Of a DNA stretch of 64,000 nucleotides, positions 29,401 to 39,297 are shown piece by piece. A program made the translations under genes and the position numbers. Under the pieces are notes generated by a model. That model saw nothing but the letters and a program-made list of their open reading frames with translations, did not search any database and was not told where the DNA came from. The first letter of the stretch is position 1; every line of letters starts with the position of its first letter. This stretch comes from a virus (lineage: Duplodnaviria; Caudoviricetes): IMG/VR virus record IMGVR_UViG_3300032216_001965, positions 1 through 64,000 of that record; one strand, written 5' to 3'.

Positions 29401-31779
29401 ATGAATGCAGATGATTTTAAAAAGTTTGCCTCATTACCAAAGGGTAAAAATATGTTTACCTATGAAAAAGGTAAAGAAAAAACAAAAGCAAATATAACTG
29501 GATTAACTAAAGAAGGCCAAGCGGTAATGCAAACATACCGTGAAGCCGTAATTGGTGAATTTAATGTTGCACAAAAAGAAATTATTGAAACAACTAATAA
29601 TCAAGATAAGGCATTTAAACTTTTAATTGCTTCTGGAATGAGTGCATCAGATGCATTAAAGACTGTTGAAGATTCTGCAGTAGCAGCAGGTATTGCATCA
29701 GGAGCAGTAGGAAAACAAGGATCTGCAGAAATGAAAAAGTTTATTGCAGATACTCAGGCAGCAGCCGATGCCACATCTAGACTGAATGCACTGACAAAAG
29801 CAAGAAAATCAAACTCAGATTTTGCTATTTCAAAAAATGCTCCAGAATTAGCAAAGTCTATGAAAGAAGCAGGATATAGTGCAGATCAAATTAATGAAGC
29901 ACTGTCAGATCCAGATATTGCTAAATATTTAATTGAAGATCTTAAAGATGGAAAAATTCAAGCAGGAGATATAAAAGATTATATTGATTCAATTGCAGAA
30001 AAAAAATCAATTGATATTCGTGTAAAACTTGCAATGGGAGATTTTGCAGGGGCTGCAGAACAAGGCAGACAACTAGTAAATGAAATGTTCTCTGTACAAG
30101 AGGCATTGATTAAGAATGGACCACTTGGACAACAACTAAATGCAAACAATTCAAAAATTGCAGATTATCAAGCACAACTTCTTCCATTCCAAAAACAAAT
30201 TGCTGATATTAATCAATCAATAGCAGATGCACAAAGAAGCATTGAGATTGCATATACAAGACCAATAGAGGCCCTTAACACTCAAGTAGAATCATTAAAT
30301 AGACAACTTGAAACAAGTCCAATATTTGGCAACCGTGCAATGCAGGCAATTCAAGATCAAAATACAGTTTATGGAAATGATCTTGCTGTTATTTCTCATC
30401 AAGCAGATGCTATTAATAAATCTTATGACGAACAAGTTAAAAACCTTAATGAGGTAAAGGCTGTTAATGATCAGATAATTGCTCAACAGGGAAGACAACT
30501 TGGACTTGCTGATGCGTTAACTCAGGGTGATATTGCAGCAGCAGCAAAGGCTGCACAAGAAATGAGACAGGCTAATGCTGATCAATATGCTACATCACAA
30601 ATGGGTGCCCTTGAGCAATCACGACAAAATGCTTTAGGAGTACTGAAGGGTCCACAGTCTGGCTTGACAGAAATACAAATTCAAGAACAACAATATCAAA
30701 ATTCTCAAAAACTTTATGCAATGGAAAATGATCCAACAAGACTTAAAATTGTTGCAGATATTAAGGCAAAGCAAGATGAAATTTACAACTTGCAACAACT
30801 TCAAAATGCTGAACTTGCAAAAATTAAAACTCAAGAAGATGAAATTTATAATATTGAAAATACAAAAATTCGTCCAATTCAAACAAATATAGATGCATTG
30901 ACATATCAAAATACTATTCTTCAAAATCAAATAGATAAGCAAGTTGCTTCATTAACAGTTTTAGGAAAAACTCGTGAAGAATGGGATTTAACATTTGCAA
31001 AGATTGATGCATCTGCTCTTGCATCAAAAAACTTAGATTCTGCTTTTGGTGCACTTCTAGCATCTGCATCAGCGATTGACAGTATGTGGTCAAGCATCTT
31101 ATCTAAGATACAATCTTATGCAGCAGGAATTCCATCAAGTGTTATAACAGAACAAAAAAGTTTTACAGAATCAGTTCCTAAAACAGATGCAGATGCAAAG
31201 GCTGCTGCAGATGCAAAGGCTGCTGCAGATGCAAAGGCTGCTGCAGATGCAAAGGCTGCTGCAGATGCAAAGGCTGCTGCAGATGCAAAGGCAAAAGAAG
31301 ATGCTTATCTTTCATCTCTTGCATCTCAGGGAGCAGGAGCATCTGGAGGATTCTCTTCAGTAGTTGCAGCAGCAATGTCCAAGGCAGCCCAAGCAGACAA
31401 GATAGCAACTTCTGGTTCTTGGAATGCAAGTTTAGCACTTGCAGATGCTGCAATGTTTGTTGGTGGAAGAAAAGGTGGTTTTGCTACTGGAGGACTAGTT
31501 CCTAAATATTTTGCTGTTGGCGGGTATGCAAGAGGAACTGATACAGTACCAGCAATGCTAACACCAGGAGAATTTGTTATGAGCAAGTATGCTGTTGATA
31601 ATTATGGCACGGGAACTATGAAGGCCATGAATAATGGCTTACAACAACTTGGATCAGTGTATAATTATGAATTGACGGTAAATGTTAAATCTGATGCCAA
31701 TGCAAATGATATTGCAAATACAGTAATGACTAAGATTAAACAGGTTGATTCTATGAGGATAAGAGGTAATAAATTATAA
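23404..31779 (+). CDS. Tape measure protein
   Basis: 2791 aa, helical and Ala-rich; TP901-type core (LAFFLTAMKEGGINASEGANALKSG); DTVPAxLTPGE motif twice; TTG start with SD gagggtg. Confidence 0.92.
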   Translation: MSDVNANIGIVFDTTEALVSLRQLQAGLSRFNQSLTQGNIAASNAQKGLNDQLVQSINSTGKFVASQKTVATSTTAFTSALEKNKLSMREYFRYTAAAATANTKVLNNAFTAERDIINRARKDRVKSLQSQYVQLTSANGEFIKVLQVVPKHLEMVNGKYTDYATRVQMAAQRQQLLNQLIKQGSNQLLNFGKNTQWAGRQLMVGLTIPLTMLGSVAMKTFKDMETAIVKFQRVYGDMTTTNDATNKAVEDIKKLGMEFTKYGVAVKDTIEMAGSAAAMGLTGNALNQQIIAATRLAVLGQVSQQDALQTTISLQNAFGISSEDLGKKINYLNAVENQTVLSIEDMTTAIPKAAPVVKQLGGSVEDLAFFLTAMKEGGINASEGANALKSGLSALINPSKKASDFLANLGVNINGIVKANAGDLKGTVVGFARALDTLAPLERSRAIEQLFGKFQFARLSTLFQNVTKTGSQASRALDLAGKSTEELAILSERELGKVENAVSVKFQKSIEQLKQELVPVGKAFLQALTPIVNFFGKLLDKFNNFSDGTKKTIAIVVGVVGGLAPIALMTFGLLANGIANLIKFFAMLRGGMAKLNGQNSVLGGGFDYLTQQEIDNLTETNALHMSHKNLIETFNVEVGSVNALATAYANAGSQARALAASSPGLFNASPGAKGAVSKIKFSSGGVVPGTGNSDTVPAVLTPGEVVLTKQTVKDNPETVAALQNGNVRKYMAGTADNSRSGASYRGVHNLIMGRSGLDNGQTSQSQVVSSSKDLPGFLQKEYDRIAKLNEANLKRYAELTGMGTEKTMEEIRNAVLKNFEELLAEVKAKTGKLTQEGLNEIGKAPGANGGPSIMGKWFKKFDEGQGASFAHVGDTQKVDIGTAIDLKVSSKIQKQMDIVKAYYAETGRQAPDVRVADAFGFDMKQSVNRGMASTNQKNFEKKNGKTVGAAFEEEFAKTGAQKWKTMTDLVGADFDKIHGQAEIYDKALLQKIQAWNKKNSTKKIPDPFTDDVFLRLEEEVRKDVDSLIPDFKSVIQTAKQTITALRTSIKQEDLIPINKRLATADAGTLGPKASSAKYGNVEARNTSEVLGTIETLPATVEKSLTKAEKIAQTASPSKRTRKLGQDIGDGLIEGMKSREAGVASQSDKLANAASNIDKQNFAKYRALNSNPDMRQTQKSIDRNYRKVNDKLITTTKINDAIALQMKNTNKNVAKSATQEQKLNDLRQKEIIAKEEAVRNAQAAAAAGNYPGTSQSDLVAGDIGFIGPLTPEQQKINDSNLKAQRKLEIKKARGLRREAVSEYSGKVAGGLGTAAMVAGMVGAPGGVTAALGAGSLVASFAPMLAGLSGPQGLALGVAAAAGSIWLMKKNFDATVQKQVDYIKSISATTDKMKQIGEITGKVGASELYSRKRQDGSADRYTKIFERGKSQFGTDFFQSNIGKSIKDSFVKDLASGGEEASKKLALQLSAYISDGILTSEQAYSVARQIGLDLGNMTIGTKVQGEITNLVGPDGQNLLKDPLSIRIKLIDTQNSITNSITTAAENSTRTGISGNKSIESFAAASALQSQNLTIIQAQRDAQKKLYDDQINQLEAQKLTTTDKAKQLVIDGKIKDLKAKQLSDDAKLNALASKSLKQTSDLFDKSLKGKLPGQIGMNKNAVISASRDAVSAKYTGDAAPLAKAFLSQTKSLKSEKIEVLLNTIVAGGQLDPVSATNLLNIFGKDEQGMYREITTAFKTKDPGDIQQLLTILSNFDSKTAKDLFINITSKDNAANFVNDMNTLNSLMQLDGKELNIGVFLKTKGNLEKLSALLDSVDKKIGTAPVTLTVIQDIIKANPDMPDITALINDWDKWKDKDPKIQKSVVLTYIELYKTIGKSEIAQYRKNKSIPSVVTDSAVTGMIANDLLPNKVPTSIPTATPGPVQGNNQTGPTPLDFLDSLAMRIKNVRDGAFDATTPLKSMIAAFSGKEAQKDVSKMFTLFDGLQQRMIKLGVPKEFRDMISGMNADDFKKFASLPKGKNMFTYEKGKEKTKANITGLTKEGQAVMQTYREAVIGEFNVAQKEIIETTNNQDKAFKLLIASGMSASDALKTVEDSAVAAGIASGAVGKQGSAEMKKFIADTQAAADATSRLNALTKARKSNSDFAISKNAPELAKSMKEAGYSADQINEALSDPDIAKYLIEDLKDGKIQAGDIKDYIDSIAEKKSIDIRVKLAMGDFAGAAEQGRQLVNEMFSVQEALIKNGPLGQQLNANNSKIADYQAQLLPFQKQIADINQSIADAQRSIEIAYTRPIEALNTQVESLNRQLETSPIFGNRAMQAIQDQNTVYGNDLAVISHQADAINKSYDEQVKNLNEVKAVNDQIIAQQGRQLGLADALTQGDIAAAAKAAQEMRQANADQYATSQMGALEQSRQNALGVLKGPQSGLTEIQIQEQQYQNSQKLYAMENDPTRLKIVADIKAKQDEIYNLQQLQNAELAKIKTQEDEIYNIENTKIRPIQTNIDALTYQNTILQNQIDKQVASLTVLGKTREEWDLTFAKIDASALASKNLDSAFGALLASASAIDSMWSSILSKIQSYAAGIPSSVITEQKSFTESVPKTDADAKAAADAKAAADAKAAADAKAAADAKAAADAKAKEDAYLSSLASQGAGASGGFSSVVAAAMSKAAQADKIATSGSWNASLALADAAMFVGGRKGGFATGGLVPKYFAVGGYARGTDTVPAMLTPGEFVMSKYAVDNYGTGTMKAMNNGLQQLGSVYNYELTVNVKSDANANDIANTVMTKIKQVDSMRIRGNKL
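31189..31292 (+). repeat. Perfect 18-bp tandem repeat (about 5.8 copies) encoding ADAKAA
   Basis: gcagatgcaaaggctgct repeated without mismatch. Confidence 0.95.
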
Positions 31780-32432
31780 TGGCTACTAACCCAAATGCTG
31801 CTGCCTATATGTCTGGTAGAAGAAAATATCAAAGACCACAGGCAATGCTATGGTCAGAAAACTCTGGAACACTAGTCAATGGTGTTTATGTGCCAAATGG
31901 CTATGAAATTGGATCAACAACTGGATCAGAAACAGATGAATCTACATTTAATCAATTTTTAATTCTTTCAGATGACAATAGAGCAGCAATTGACTTTAAA
32001 CAAAATAGAATTGAAAAACGTGAGCGAATGATTAATGGAAGAATGCGTTCTTATCATATTGCAGATAAGTTGACAATTTCTACTAGTTGGAACATGCTTC
32101 CTTCTAGATCTTTTGCACTTGCCCCAGAGTTTAATCCATCAAACGGAAAACCCTTAGTAAAAGAAAAGAACTCTTTGGAGTATACTTCTGACGGAGGTGC
32201 TGGAGGAGTCGAACTTCTTGATTGGTATGAAAATCATCAAGGATCTTTTTGGGTATATCTAGCGTACGATAAATACTTAAATTTTGGAAAAGATGATGCA
32301 GACTATGAACATCTTGGACAATATAACCAACTGATTGAAATGTTTTTTAGTGATTTTTCTTATAGCGTACAAAAGCGTGGCGGAAGTAATCATGATTTTT
32401 GGAATGTCTCAGTAACTCTGGAAGAGGCATAA
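31779..32432 (+). CDS. Distal tail (Dit-like) / minor tail protein
   Basis: Immediately after the tape measure gene, translationally coupled; size and C-terminal WNVSVTLEE pattern. Confidence 0.55.
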   Translation: MATNPNAAAYMSGRRKYQRPQAMLWSENSGTLVNGVYVPNGYEIGSTTGSETDESTFNQFLILSDDNRAAIDFKQNRIEKRERMINGRMRSYHIADKLTISTSWNMLPSRSFALAPEFNPSNGKPLVKEKNSLEYTSDGGAGGVELLDWYENHQGSFWVYLAYDKYLNFGKDDADYEHLGQYNQLIEMFFSDFSYSVQKRGGSNHDFWNVSVTLEEA

Positions 32433-32433
32433 A

Positions 32434-35400
32434 ATGTTTCAAAATGATGAATTAAAAAATCATCTTCAAACATCTTCAGTTATTAGAACTAACTCTGCTG
32501 TAATTGCTGAGTGGAATATGAATATACCAGAAAATATTCAAAAGATTGGCAACTATAGATATAGACCAACACAAGATAGTTCTGTATATAAAAATATTAT
32601 ATCTAGTTTTAATGATGGAGAAGATAAAGATACCCAGGTGCCATTTTATTATGGAGCAACAGATGCCGATGTAACAATTGATGGTGGAATGGACGATATC
32701 AATCAGCCAACATTACTAACTTCTAGAAAAGAATATATTAAACTTCTCTATTCACTAGAAAACTGTTTTTATAAGTTTAGACCAAGATCAGGCGTTAACA
32801 AGGCTTCATATTTTTCAAACTCATATATTCATAATGCTAATTCAGATATGGCAAAAAGACCAAGATACTATATGCCAGATAAAGGCGATTATTTTAAATA
32901 CTGGACATCTTATAGAACTGAAAATGGTTCTGAGTATGGTGTTGCAAATAAAACTTTAAATGGTCAATACTTTATTGAGGATGCAGCACCATTTATTGTT
33001 TACAAAAATAAAATTCCAGTAAATAGAGTTATAGTAAAAATGCAAACACATATTGGGTCTGTTGATCTTGGTCCATTTTCTACATCTTCTAAATCATTTT
33101 CAGATCCATTTTATGGTGATGCAAATAAAAAAACACCCGTTAAATGGAAGATTCAAGCGCTTAAAAATAACAACTGGGTTGATATAAAAAAATTTGATGC
33201 AAGCATAAAAAGAAAAAACGGTACACCAATAATTGGTCCAGACGGATATGTAGAACTAGCATATGGATTAATAGTTCCAGATAAATATCAAGATGCATTT
33301 ATTAGAGCAGAAGAACATGCAACAACATCAACTTTACCAGAAGCATCAATAAATGGTTATGCATATTTAGTTAAAGAAAATGAAAATTCTTTAGGCACAT
33401 ATTATATTTGGGTATCAGATAAATATGAGACTTTTGTCCCAACATATGGTTGGTATGTAAATGAGGAAACGGTAGATAGACTAACCAACTTTGTTACAGA
33501 CACAACATCTCCAATTCAATACTCCAATGAATCTGATGGTTTGTCAATGTATAGAGAGTTTGATTATATTAATGGTTTAAGGATTGTTGTTGATACTATG
33601 ACAAAAGTTGATTCAACCTTTGACCTAATAGAGTTATCACCAAGATTAGTAGTAGATCTATCAGGAAAAACAATAGATTTTTCTATAACAAAAACAGCAT
33701 CTGATTTAGGATCTTCTGGTCTTCCAGTTGGTCAATTGCTTGCATCAAATGGAACAATAAAACTATTTGACTATGATCAAGCATTTAATCCAAATAATGA
33801 TAACAGTATTATTAAAAACTATATAACTAAAAATATACAAATTAAACTTTATGAAATAGTTATGAATGTTAATGGATATGATTACTTTATTCCAATTAAA
33901 ACAATGTATACAGAAGGTTTTCCAGAATCAAATAATGAAACAAGACAAGTCTCTTTAAAGTTAAGAGATCTGTTCTTTTATCTAGAATCAATAAATGCTC
34001 CACAACTACTAGTTACAAATGTGTCTCTTAGTTATGCGGTGTCAACACTTTTAGATTCAGTTGGATTTACCAACTATTCATTTAAAAGGGTAGAAGGTGA
34101 AGTTGATCAAATTATTCCATATTTTTTTATTCCGCCAGACACTAGTGTTGCTCAACTATTAAATCAATTAGCGATATCAACACAAACAGCCATGTTCTTT
34201 GACGAATATAATAATTTTGTAATGTTGAGTAAAAATTATATTCTTCCAAAAGAATCAGAAAGAGAAACTAACTTTGAGTTTTATGGCACCAAAGATTTTG
34301 TTGAAGATGGTGCAATCAATAATAAAAACACAAATGAAAAACTTGCAAATATAATTTCTCTTAATTCTCAAAACAATGAAATTTTTAATGATGGAAGTAT
34401 TAACTATAAAACAAGATACATTCAAAAAACATATGGATCAATTAAACAAGCAAGTATGATTGATCAAGAAAAAACATGGATTTATAAACCAGTACTACTG
34501 TGGGAAGTTGCTGGAGACGACAATACAAAATCTATTAATGATCAAGCAAATAAACAATCTAGTTATGTTTTAGGAGCAATACCACTAAACTCTGATTTGT
34601 CTGATGCAGTACCTAGTGTTTCTAATAATATAATTATTAATAATACAATGGATTTAGGTGAAGGAATTTATTGGCTTTCAAGATACAGTGGATACTTTTA
34701 TGCAAATGGAGAAATCATAAAATATGATGCAGTTCAATACACTGTAAGCGGTATTGGTAATGTATGGATTACAAGTGTAACTGATTATCAAAATTATTTT
34801 TCTAAACTAAGTCACAATGGAAAGATATACCCAACAGGATTGGTAAGAATTTACTCCTACCCAAACTATCAAACTATAAATGAAATAACTAAACTAAAAA
34901 ATGGGGAAGTGGCAAAACACGGCAGAGGTCAGTTTGGAACAAGTATTTTAAAACATGATGCAGGTCTAAACTCATATTGGTCTGATAATACAAATGTTCG
35001 TGGTTGCTCAATGAAATCTGACTACCTATTTAGTCTTGCTAATAAAACAGAAATAGATGCAAAGATCAAACTTCTTACATTAGATAATCTTGCAGCAGGG
35101 GTAAATAATGATTTAGCAACACAATCCATTAGATCAGGAATTATAAAAAATTTCTTATCTCAATACTATGGCACAGAAACAGATTTTAATAAACTTAAAA
35201 CAACACAAACTGGCACAATTCAATCATCTGCATTTATTTTAAATGGTCCATCTTTTACTACTACTCAAAAGGGAATTGACTTTATTTCTTATGTTCAAAA
35301 ACCACTTACAGACTCATTTAAACATTTTGGTACAAGAATGAGAATTGTTGGAAAAATTGAGAATAATCAAAATCGTGGACAAACTCCAATTGGTAGTGAT

Positions 35401-36753
35401 ACATACTTTGTTGTAACTGGAAACTCTCCAGATCAAAATATTAATATCAGTGCTGGATCAGGCGGGTTAGCAGTTATGCTAAATCCAACAACAAATGTTG
35501 GATACTACTTTGAAATTTTAGCATTAACAGAAAATAATATCAGTAGTTATAATAAGTCTGCTGAAAACCTTCATAATGTAATATTTTACAAAATCATGCG
35601 TGACTCTGCTACATCAGATGCAATACCAATTAAACTTTGGGGTGGTCTTGCAAGCATAACGGTAGATGACGGAAAGTTTACTGGACAATATCGTATGGTT
35701 GGTGAGCAAAATCCAACGGTATATGATCTAGCAGTTGAATATCAAAATGTAGGAAACAGTAGAAGATTCTACTTATACATAAATAATAAACTTGTTGCAA
35801 CCGTTGATGATACTTCTCCTTTGCCAGTATACAATAACATGGCAATGTTTGTAAGAGGATCTGCAAGATGTATGTTTGAAAATATTTATGCATTAACAAA
35901 TAACTATAGTCAGAATACAACCTTTGCCCTTGATACACCAGTTATGTCAGCAATTAATGATTCTGAGATAGATGCTAATGAATCATTTAGAAAATATGCT
36001 ATGAGCGGTATTGTTCAGTCAACTTATTTGTCTGGTATCAATCCCTCTCAACCACCACAATACAATATGTATTTTGAAGAATTTGGTACAATCATGAGAG
36101 AAGCAGCATATTTTAATATTCGTTATGACAAAGCATATCCAGCACTATATGCCAAACTTTCTCCAACATTTAATAAAATAAAGGGATACACCGTGTCTGG
36201 ATTTAGGGCGGGATCTTACGGAGCAGAATTTTTAATATTTAATGCAACAGACACAGCCCTAAGCCTTGATGAAACTACAGGTAACTATTTAAGAATTCAG
36301 GGTATAACATTTACACAAGAATCACAACATCAATTAACAATGGATCAGTATTTTAATAAAAATAGCGATTTTTCAAATCCTCAATTAAGCGGATCAACAC
36401 TATTGAAATCCCCTGTAAAGTATGATAATGATTATGAAGATATTAAAGTAAGCAGAATTACTTATGGAAAAAAAGATTTTTCATTAGAAACACCATACAT
36501 ACAAACACAAGATGATGCAAATAGTTTGATGGAGTGGATTGTAAATAAAGTGGTCAAGCCTAGAAAGTCTGTTAGTCTTAAAGTTTTTGCAACACCGACA
36601 GTTCAGTTAGGAGATATTGTTACTATTGACTATAAAGATAAAGACTCAGTAAATCAAATATCATCATCTAACTCTAGGTTTGTAGTATATAATATAGGGT
36701 ATGCAAAAAGTTTTGGAGGGCCAGATATGACTATTTATTTGAGCGAAATTTAA
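32434..36753 (+). CDS. Tail tip/hub (Tal-like) protein
   Basis: 1439 aa; hub-like LAISTQTAMFFDEYNNFV and VQLGDIVTIDY motifs; synteny. Confidence 0.6.
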   Translation: MFQNDELKNHLQTSSVIRTNSAVIAEWNMNIPENIQKIGNYRYRPTQDSSVYKNIISSFNDGEDKDTQVPFYYGATDADVTIDGGMDDINQPTLLTSRKEYIKLLYSLENCFYKFRPRSGVNKASYFSNSYIHNANSDMAKRPRYYMPDKGDYFKYWTSYRTENGSEYGVANKTLNGQYFIEDAAPFIVYKNKIPVNRVIVKMQTHIGSVDLGPFSTSSKSFSDPFYGDANKKTPVKWKIQALKNNNWVDIKKFDASIKRKNGTPIIGPDGYVELAYGLIVPDKYQDAFIRAEEHATTSTLPEASINGYAYLVKENENSLGTYYIWVSDKYETFVPTYGWYVNEETVDRLTNFVTDTTSPIQYSNESDGLSMYREFDYINGLRIVVDTMTKVDSTFDLIELSPRLVVDLSGKTIDFSITKTASDLGSSGLPVGQLLASNGTIKLFDYDQAFNPNNDNSIIKNYITKNIQIKLYEIVMNVNGYDYFIPIKTMYTEGFPESNNETRQVSLKLRDLFFYLESINAPQLLVTNVSLSYAVSTLLDSVGFTNYSFKRVEGEVDQIIPYFFIPPDTSVAQLLNQLAISTQTAMFFDEYNNFVMLSKNYILPKESERETNFEFYGTKDFVEDGAINNKNTNEKLANIISLNSQNNEIFNDGSINYKTRYIQKTYGSIKQASMIDQEKTWIYKPVLLWEVAGDDNTKSINDQANKQSSYVLGAIPLNSDLSDAVPSVSNNIIINNTMDLGEGIYWLSRYSGYFYANGEIIKYDAVQYTVSGIGNVWITSVTDYQNYFSKLSHNGKIYPTGLVRIYSYPNYQTINEITKLKNGEVAKHGRGQFGTSILKHDAGLNSYWSDNTNVRGCSMKSDYLFSLANKTEIDAKIKLLTLDNLAAGVNNDLATQSIRSGIIKNFLSQYYGTETDFNKLKTTQTGTIQSSAFILNGPSFTTTQKGIDFISYVQKPLTDSFKHFGTRMRIVGKIENNQNRGQTPIGSDTYFVVTGNSPDQNINISAGSGGLAVMLNPTTNVGYYFEILALTENNISSYNKSAENLHNVIFYKIMRDSATSDAIPIKLWGGLASITVDDGKFTGQYRMVGEQNPTVYDLAVEYQNVGNSRRFYLYINNKLVATVDDTSPLPVYNNMAMFVRGSARCMFENIYALTNNYSQNTTFALDTPVMSAINDSEIDANESFRKYAMSGIVQSTYLSGINPSQPPQYNMYFEEFGTIMREAAYFNIRYDKAYPALYAKLSPTFNKIKGYTVSGFRAGSYGAEFLIFNATDTALSLDETTGNYLRIQGITFTQESQHQLTMDQYFNKNSDFSNPQLSGSTLLKSPVKYDNDYEDIKVSRITYGKKDFSLETPYIQTQDDANSLMEWIVNKVVKPRKSVSLKVFATPTVQLGDIVTIDYKDKDSVNQISSSNSRFVVYNIGYAKSFGGPDMTIYLSEI

Positions 36754-36754
36754 T

Positions 36755-37243
36755 ATGTCAAGTGCAATACCACTTACACCAGATACAACAATCTCTAATG
36801 CAGACACAGGTGTGCTTGCTGCAACTACCAACCTCATAATTACAAGTTATGATGAAACACCCTTAGAGGTAATGACTGATCTTATTTTTGAAGATATAGG
36901 TGGTCAAGAAATTATCAATATATCTAGAACCGATATTGTTAATGGTCAAGATATTATTTATCAACCAATTAAAAATTTAGCAAGTATTAATTATCAATAT
37001 AATCCACAAAATATTTTATCGCTTCAAGATACTTCAGAAAATTATTTTAAAAAGTTTCCTATTAATGCAGCAAATAAAGTTCCAAATTTTGGAACAGGCT
37101 TAAATGGATCAACAGTTTATATTGATGAGGATACTGGAAATCTTATTATTGAACTGGTAAATATAGAGGATGACGAACAGGTAGAGGTTCAAATACTAAG
37201 AAATGGAAAATTTTTTAATGATACAATATATGAGGTGCAATAA
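36755..37243 (+). CDS. Minor tail/virion protein
   Basis: Synteny; coupled to neighbours. Confidence 0.5.
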   Translation: MSSAIPLTPDTTISNADTGVLAATTNLIITSYDETPLEVMTDLIFEDIGGQEIINISRTDIVNGQDIIYQPIKNLASINYQYNPQNILSLQDTSENYFKKFPINAANKVPNFGTGLNGSTVYIDEDTGNLIIELVNIEDDEQVEVQILRNGKFFNDTIYEVQ

Positions 37244-38400
37244 TGATTACTAATACTGGAAAAAACATTTTAGCAAAATATTTACTAGGTCAGGCTTCTG
37301 CTTATGCCTCATATATTGCTATTGGTTGCGGTTCAAAGCCTTTAAACTCTGACGCAGTTCTTGGGGATTACTCGACTAAAGAAAGACTTGATTTTGAAAT
37401 GTTTCGTGTTCCCATCACTTCAAGAGGATATGTAAGCGAAGATGGAATTACTAAGATTGTTTTAACTGCAGAATTGCCAAGTGAAGAAAGATATGAGATT
37501 AGTGAAGTTGGTATTTTTTCTGCGGGATCTAATACTGCAGCAGGTGCATATGATAGTAAGTCTATTTATGCTTTTACACAAGATGAAAACTGGGAACATC
37601 ATAATAGCCAGGGTTCATACTCAATTCCAGTAAAATACACACCACTAGATGATGACTCAAATAATATAATTAGTGATGTTTTGGTTACAAGAGAAGGTTC
37701 TCAAGTTGTTGCAAAAGTTTTTCAAACAAATGCAGACAACAGAATTTTTACAGATCAAGGAAGAGTTTTGAGATATGAAAGATGTAGATTTTTAAACAAT
37801 ACAGTTATGCTTAAAGGAAATTCTTCTATTTTGACTGTTGATGGATCTGGAAATCTTTTAATAGACAATGACTCAGAGCATATACATTTGACTGGTGCAA
37901 TACTAGACTTTAATAAAAACTCACCCACTGATGAAATTAAACTATCTTTTGCAATAGTTAATAAAGATGGGGAATCAACAAATGTTCCAGATAGTGTTAG
38001 AATAATGGTAGAGTTTTCTTCTTCTGATTCACTTGTTGGTCAATTTGCAAGATTTCAGGTAAACATTAATAATGGAACTGGAGTAGGTCAATATGATTTT
38101 TCTACAAATAGATATGTTGTAGCAACAAAACAACTACAAGAATTATACAAGAGTGCTGGATTTACATGGAGCCAGGTTGATGTTGTTAAGATCTATGCAT
38201 GTGTTACAGATAATGGAAGTCCAACAGATAACTTCTATATTGCTCTAGATGCCCTAAAACTTGAAAACACAAGTTCATCAAATCCACTTTATGGAATGAC
38301 TGGCTACTCTGTAATTAAAAATACTGATGCAGCAACTATTGTAAAATCTGCAAATACAACAAACTATATTGAATTTAGGTTTGCTTTGGATGTTCAATAA
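37243..38400 (+). CDS. Minor tail/baseplate protein
   Basis: ITNTGKNILAKYL...YIAIGCG...EISEVGIF, resembling fibre-attachment N-terminal domains. Confidence 0.55.
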   Translation: MITNTGKNILAKYLLGQASAYASYIAIGCGSKPLNSDAVLGDYSTKERLDFEMFRVPITSRGYVSEDGITKIVLTAELPSEERYEISEVGIFSAGSNTAAGAYDSKSIYAFTQDENWEHHNSQGSYSIPVKYTPLDDDSNNIISDVLVTREGSQVVAKVFQTNADNRIFTDQGRVLRYERCRFLNNTVMLKGNSSILTVDGSGNLLIDNDSEHIHLTGAILDFNKNSPTDEIKLSFAIVNKDGESTNVPDSVRIMVEFSSSDSLVGQFARFQVNINNGTGVGQYDFSTNRYVVATKQLQELYKSAGFTWSQVDVVKIYACVTDNGSPTDNFYIALDALKLENTSSSNPLYGMTGYSVIKNTDAATIVKSANTTNYIEFRFALDVQ

Positions 38401-38840
38401 TGGCACAAGAAAATTCTAGAATAAAAAAGGTCATTATACCAAAATCTTCATTACCAGAAATATCTGGCGTTGGACAAGACTATGTAGTTAGATATAGAAT
38501 TGTTAGTGAAGATAAAAATAGATATTCTTATTGGTCACAAAAATATAGAGTTGGCATACCAAATACAACCGCTGTGCCTTTTTCTGTAACTAAATCTGGT
38601 TCAACTATAACAGCAGTTTGGACACCAGATAATAGTGTAAAATCTGAGTTCGATATTTATATTAAATGGGATTCAGAAGATTGGAAATATGTTACAACTG
38701 TATATTCAACAATCTATGCTAGTATAATCAAGAGTGATGCTACAAAGGTAAAAATTGCAGCACAAGTGCCTACTTTTCCAAAAGAAAGATTTAATTCTGC
38801 TACCCTTTTTGAATCTAACGAGATTGCCTTAGTGGTATAA
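38400..38840 (+). CDS. Minor virion protein (Ig/FN3-like)
   Basis: YVVRYRIVSED..RYSYWS beta-sandwich pattern; synteny. Confidence 0.45.
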   Translation: MAQENSRIKKVIIPKSSLPEISGVGQDYVVRYRIVSEDKNRYSYWSQKYRVGIPNTTAVPFSVTKSGSTITAVWTPDNSVKSEFDIYIKWDSEDWKYVTTVYSTIYASIIKSDATKVKIAAQVPTFPKERFNSATLFESNEIALVV

Positions 38841-38841
38841 T
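38833..38841 (+). promoter_or_regulatory. Extended -10 promoter (TGGTATAAT)
   Basis: TATAAT ends 9 nt before ATG 38851; no SD. Confidence 0.55.
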
Positions 38842-38850
38842 TATATAACC

Positions 38851-39294
38851 ATGGCAAAATTACCTTTACCCGAAAGAGGGCAACCACTAGATGTTGCTTA
38901 TATTTATCAGTTAGCAAATACTATAAATGATCTATCATCACAAATATCTCCAGCAACATACAAATATGTAACAGTAGATACTCCTGGAGTTGGCAAACAA
39001 AGTGTAAAGGCTTCAGAGGCTAGAATTATTGGCGGGTATGTAAATGTGGTAAATAGTTCAACAAGACAGGCAGGAACAGAAGTATCATTTTCATATGACT
39101 TCCCAACAGATTTTAAATATGCACCTATTGCAACAGCAACTCCAGTAAATACTGGTGGAACAGATGCTGGTAAAAATGTATCAGTAGTTTTAAAAAATAT
39201 AACAACTTCTAAGGTTGATGGCATTGTAAGATTTGGTACAACTGGTGATATGTCAGTTGATGTCAATATTATAATTATTGGAATACCTAACTAA
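38851..39294 (+). CDS. Minor virion protein (H-type lectin-like beta domain suspected)
   Basis: FSYDFPTDFKYAPIATATP...VNIIIIG pattern as in fibre-tip domains. Confidence 0.4.
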   Translation: MAKLPLPERGQPLDVAYIYQLANTINDLSSQISPATYKYVTVDTPGVGKQSVKASEARIIGGYVNVVNSSTRQAGTEVSFSYDFPTDFKYAPIATATPVNTGGTDAGKNVSVVLKNITTSKVDGIVRFGTTGDMSVDVNIIIIGIPN

Positions 39295-39297
39295 ATA

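Noticed and set aside
24393-31586. Minus-strand ORFs within the tape measure gene
   Set aside because: Fully nested antisense to a well-supported gene, with no recognisable motifs
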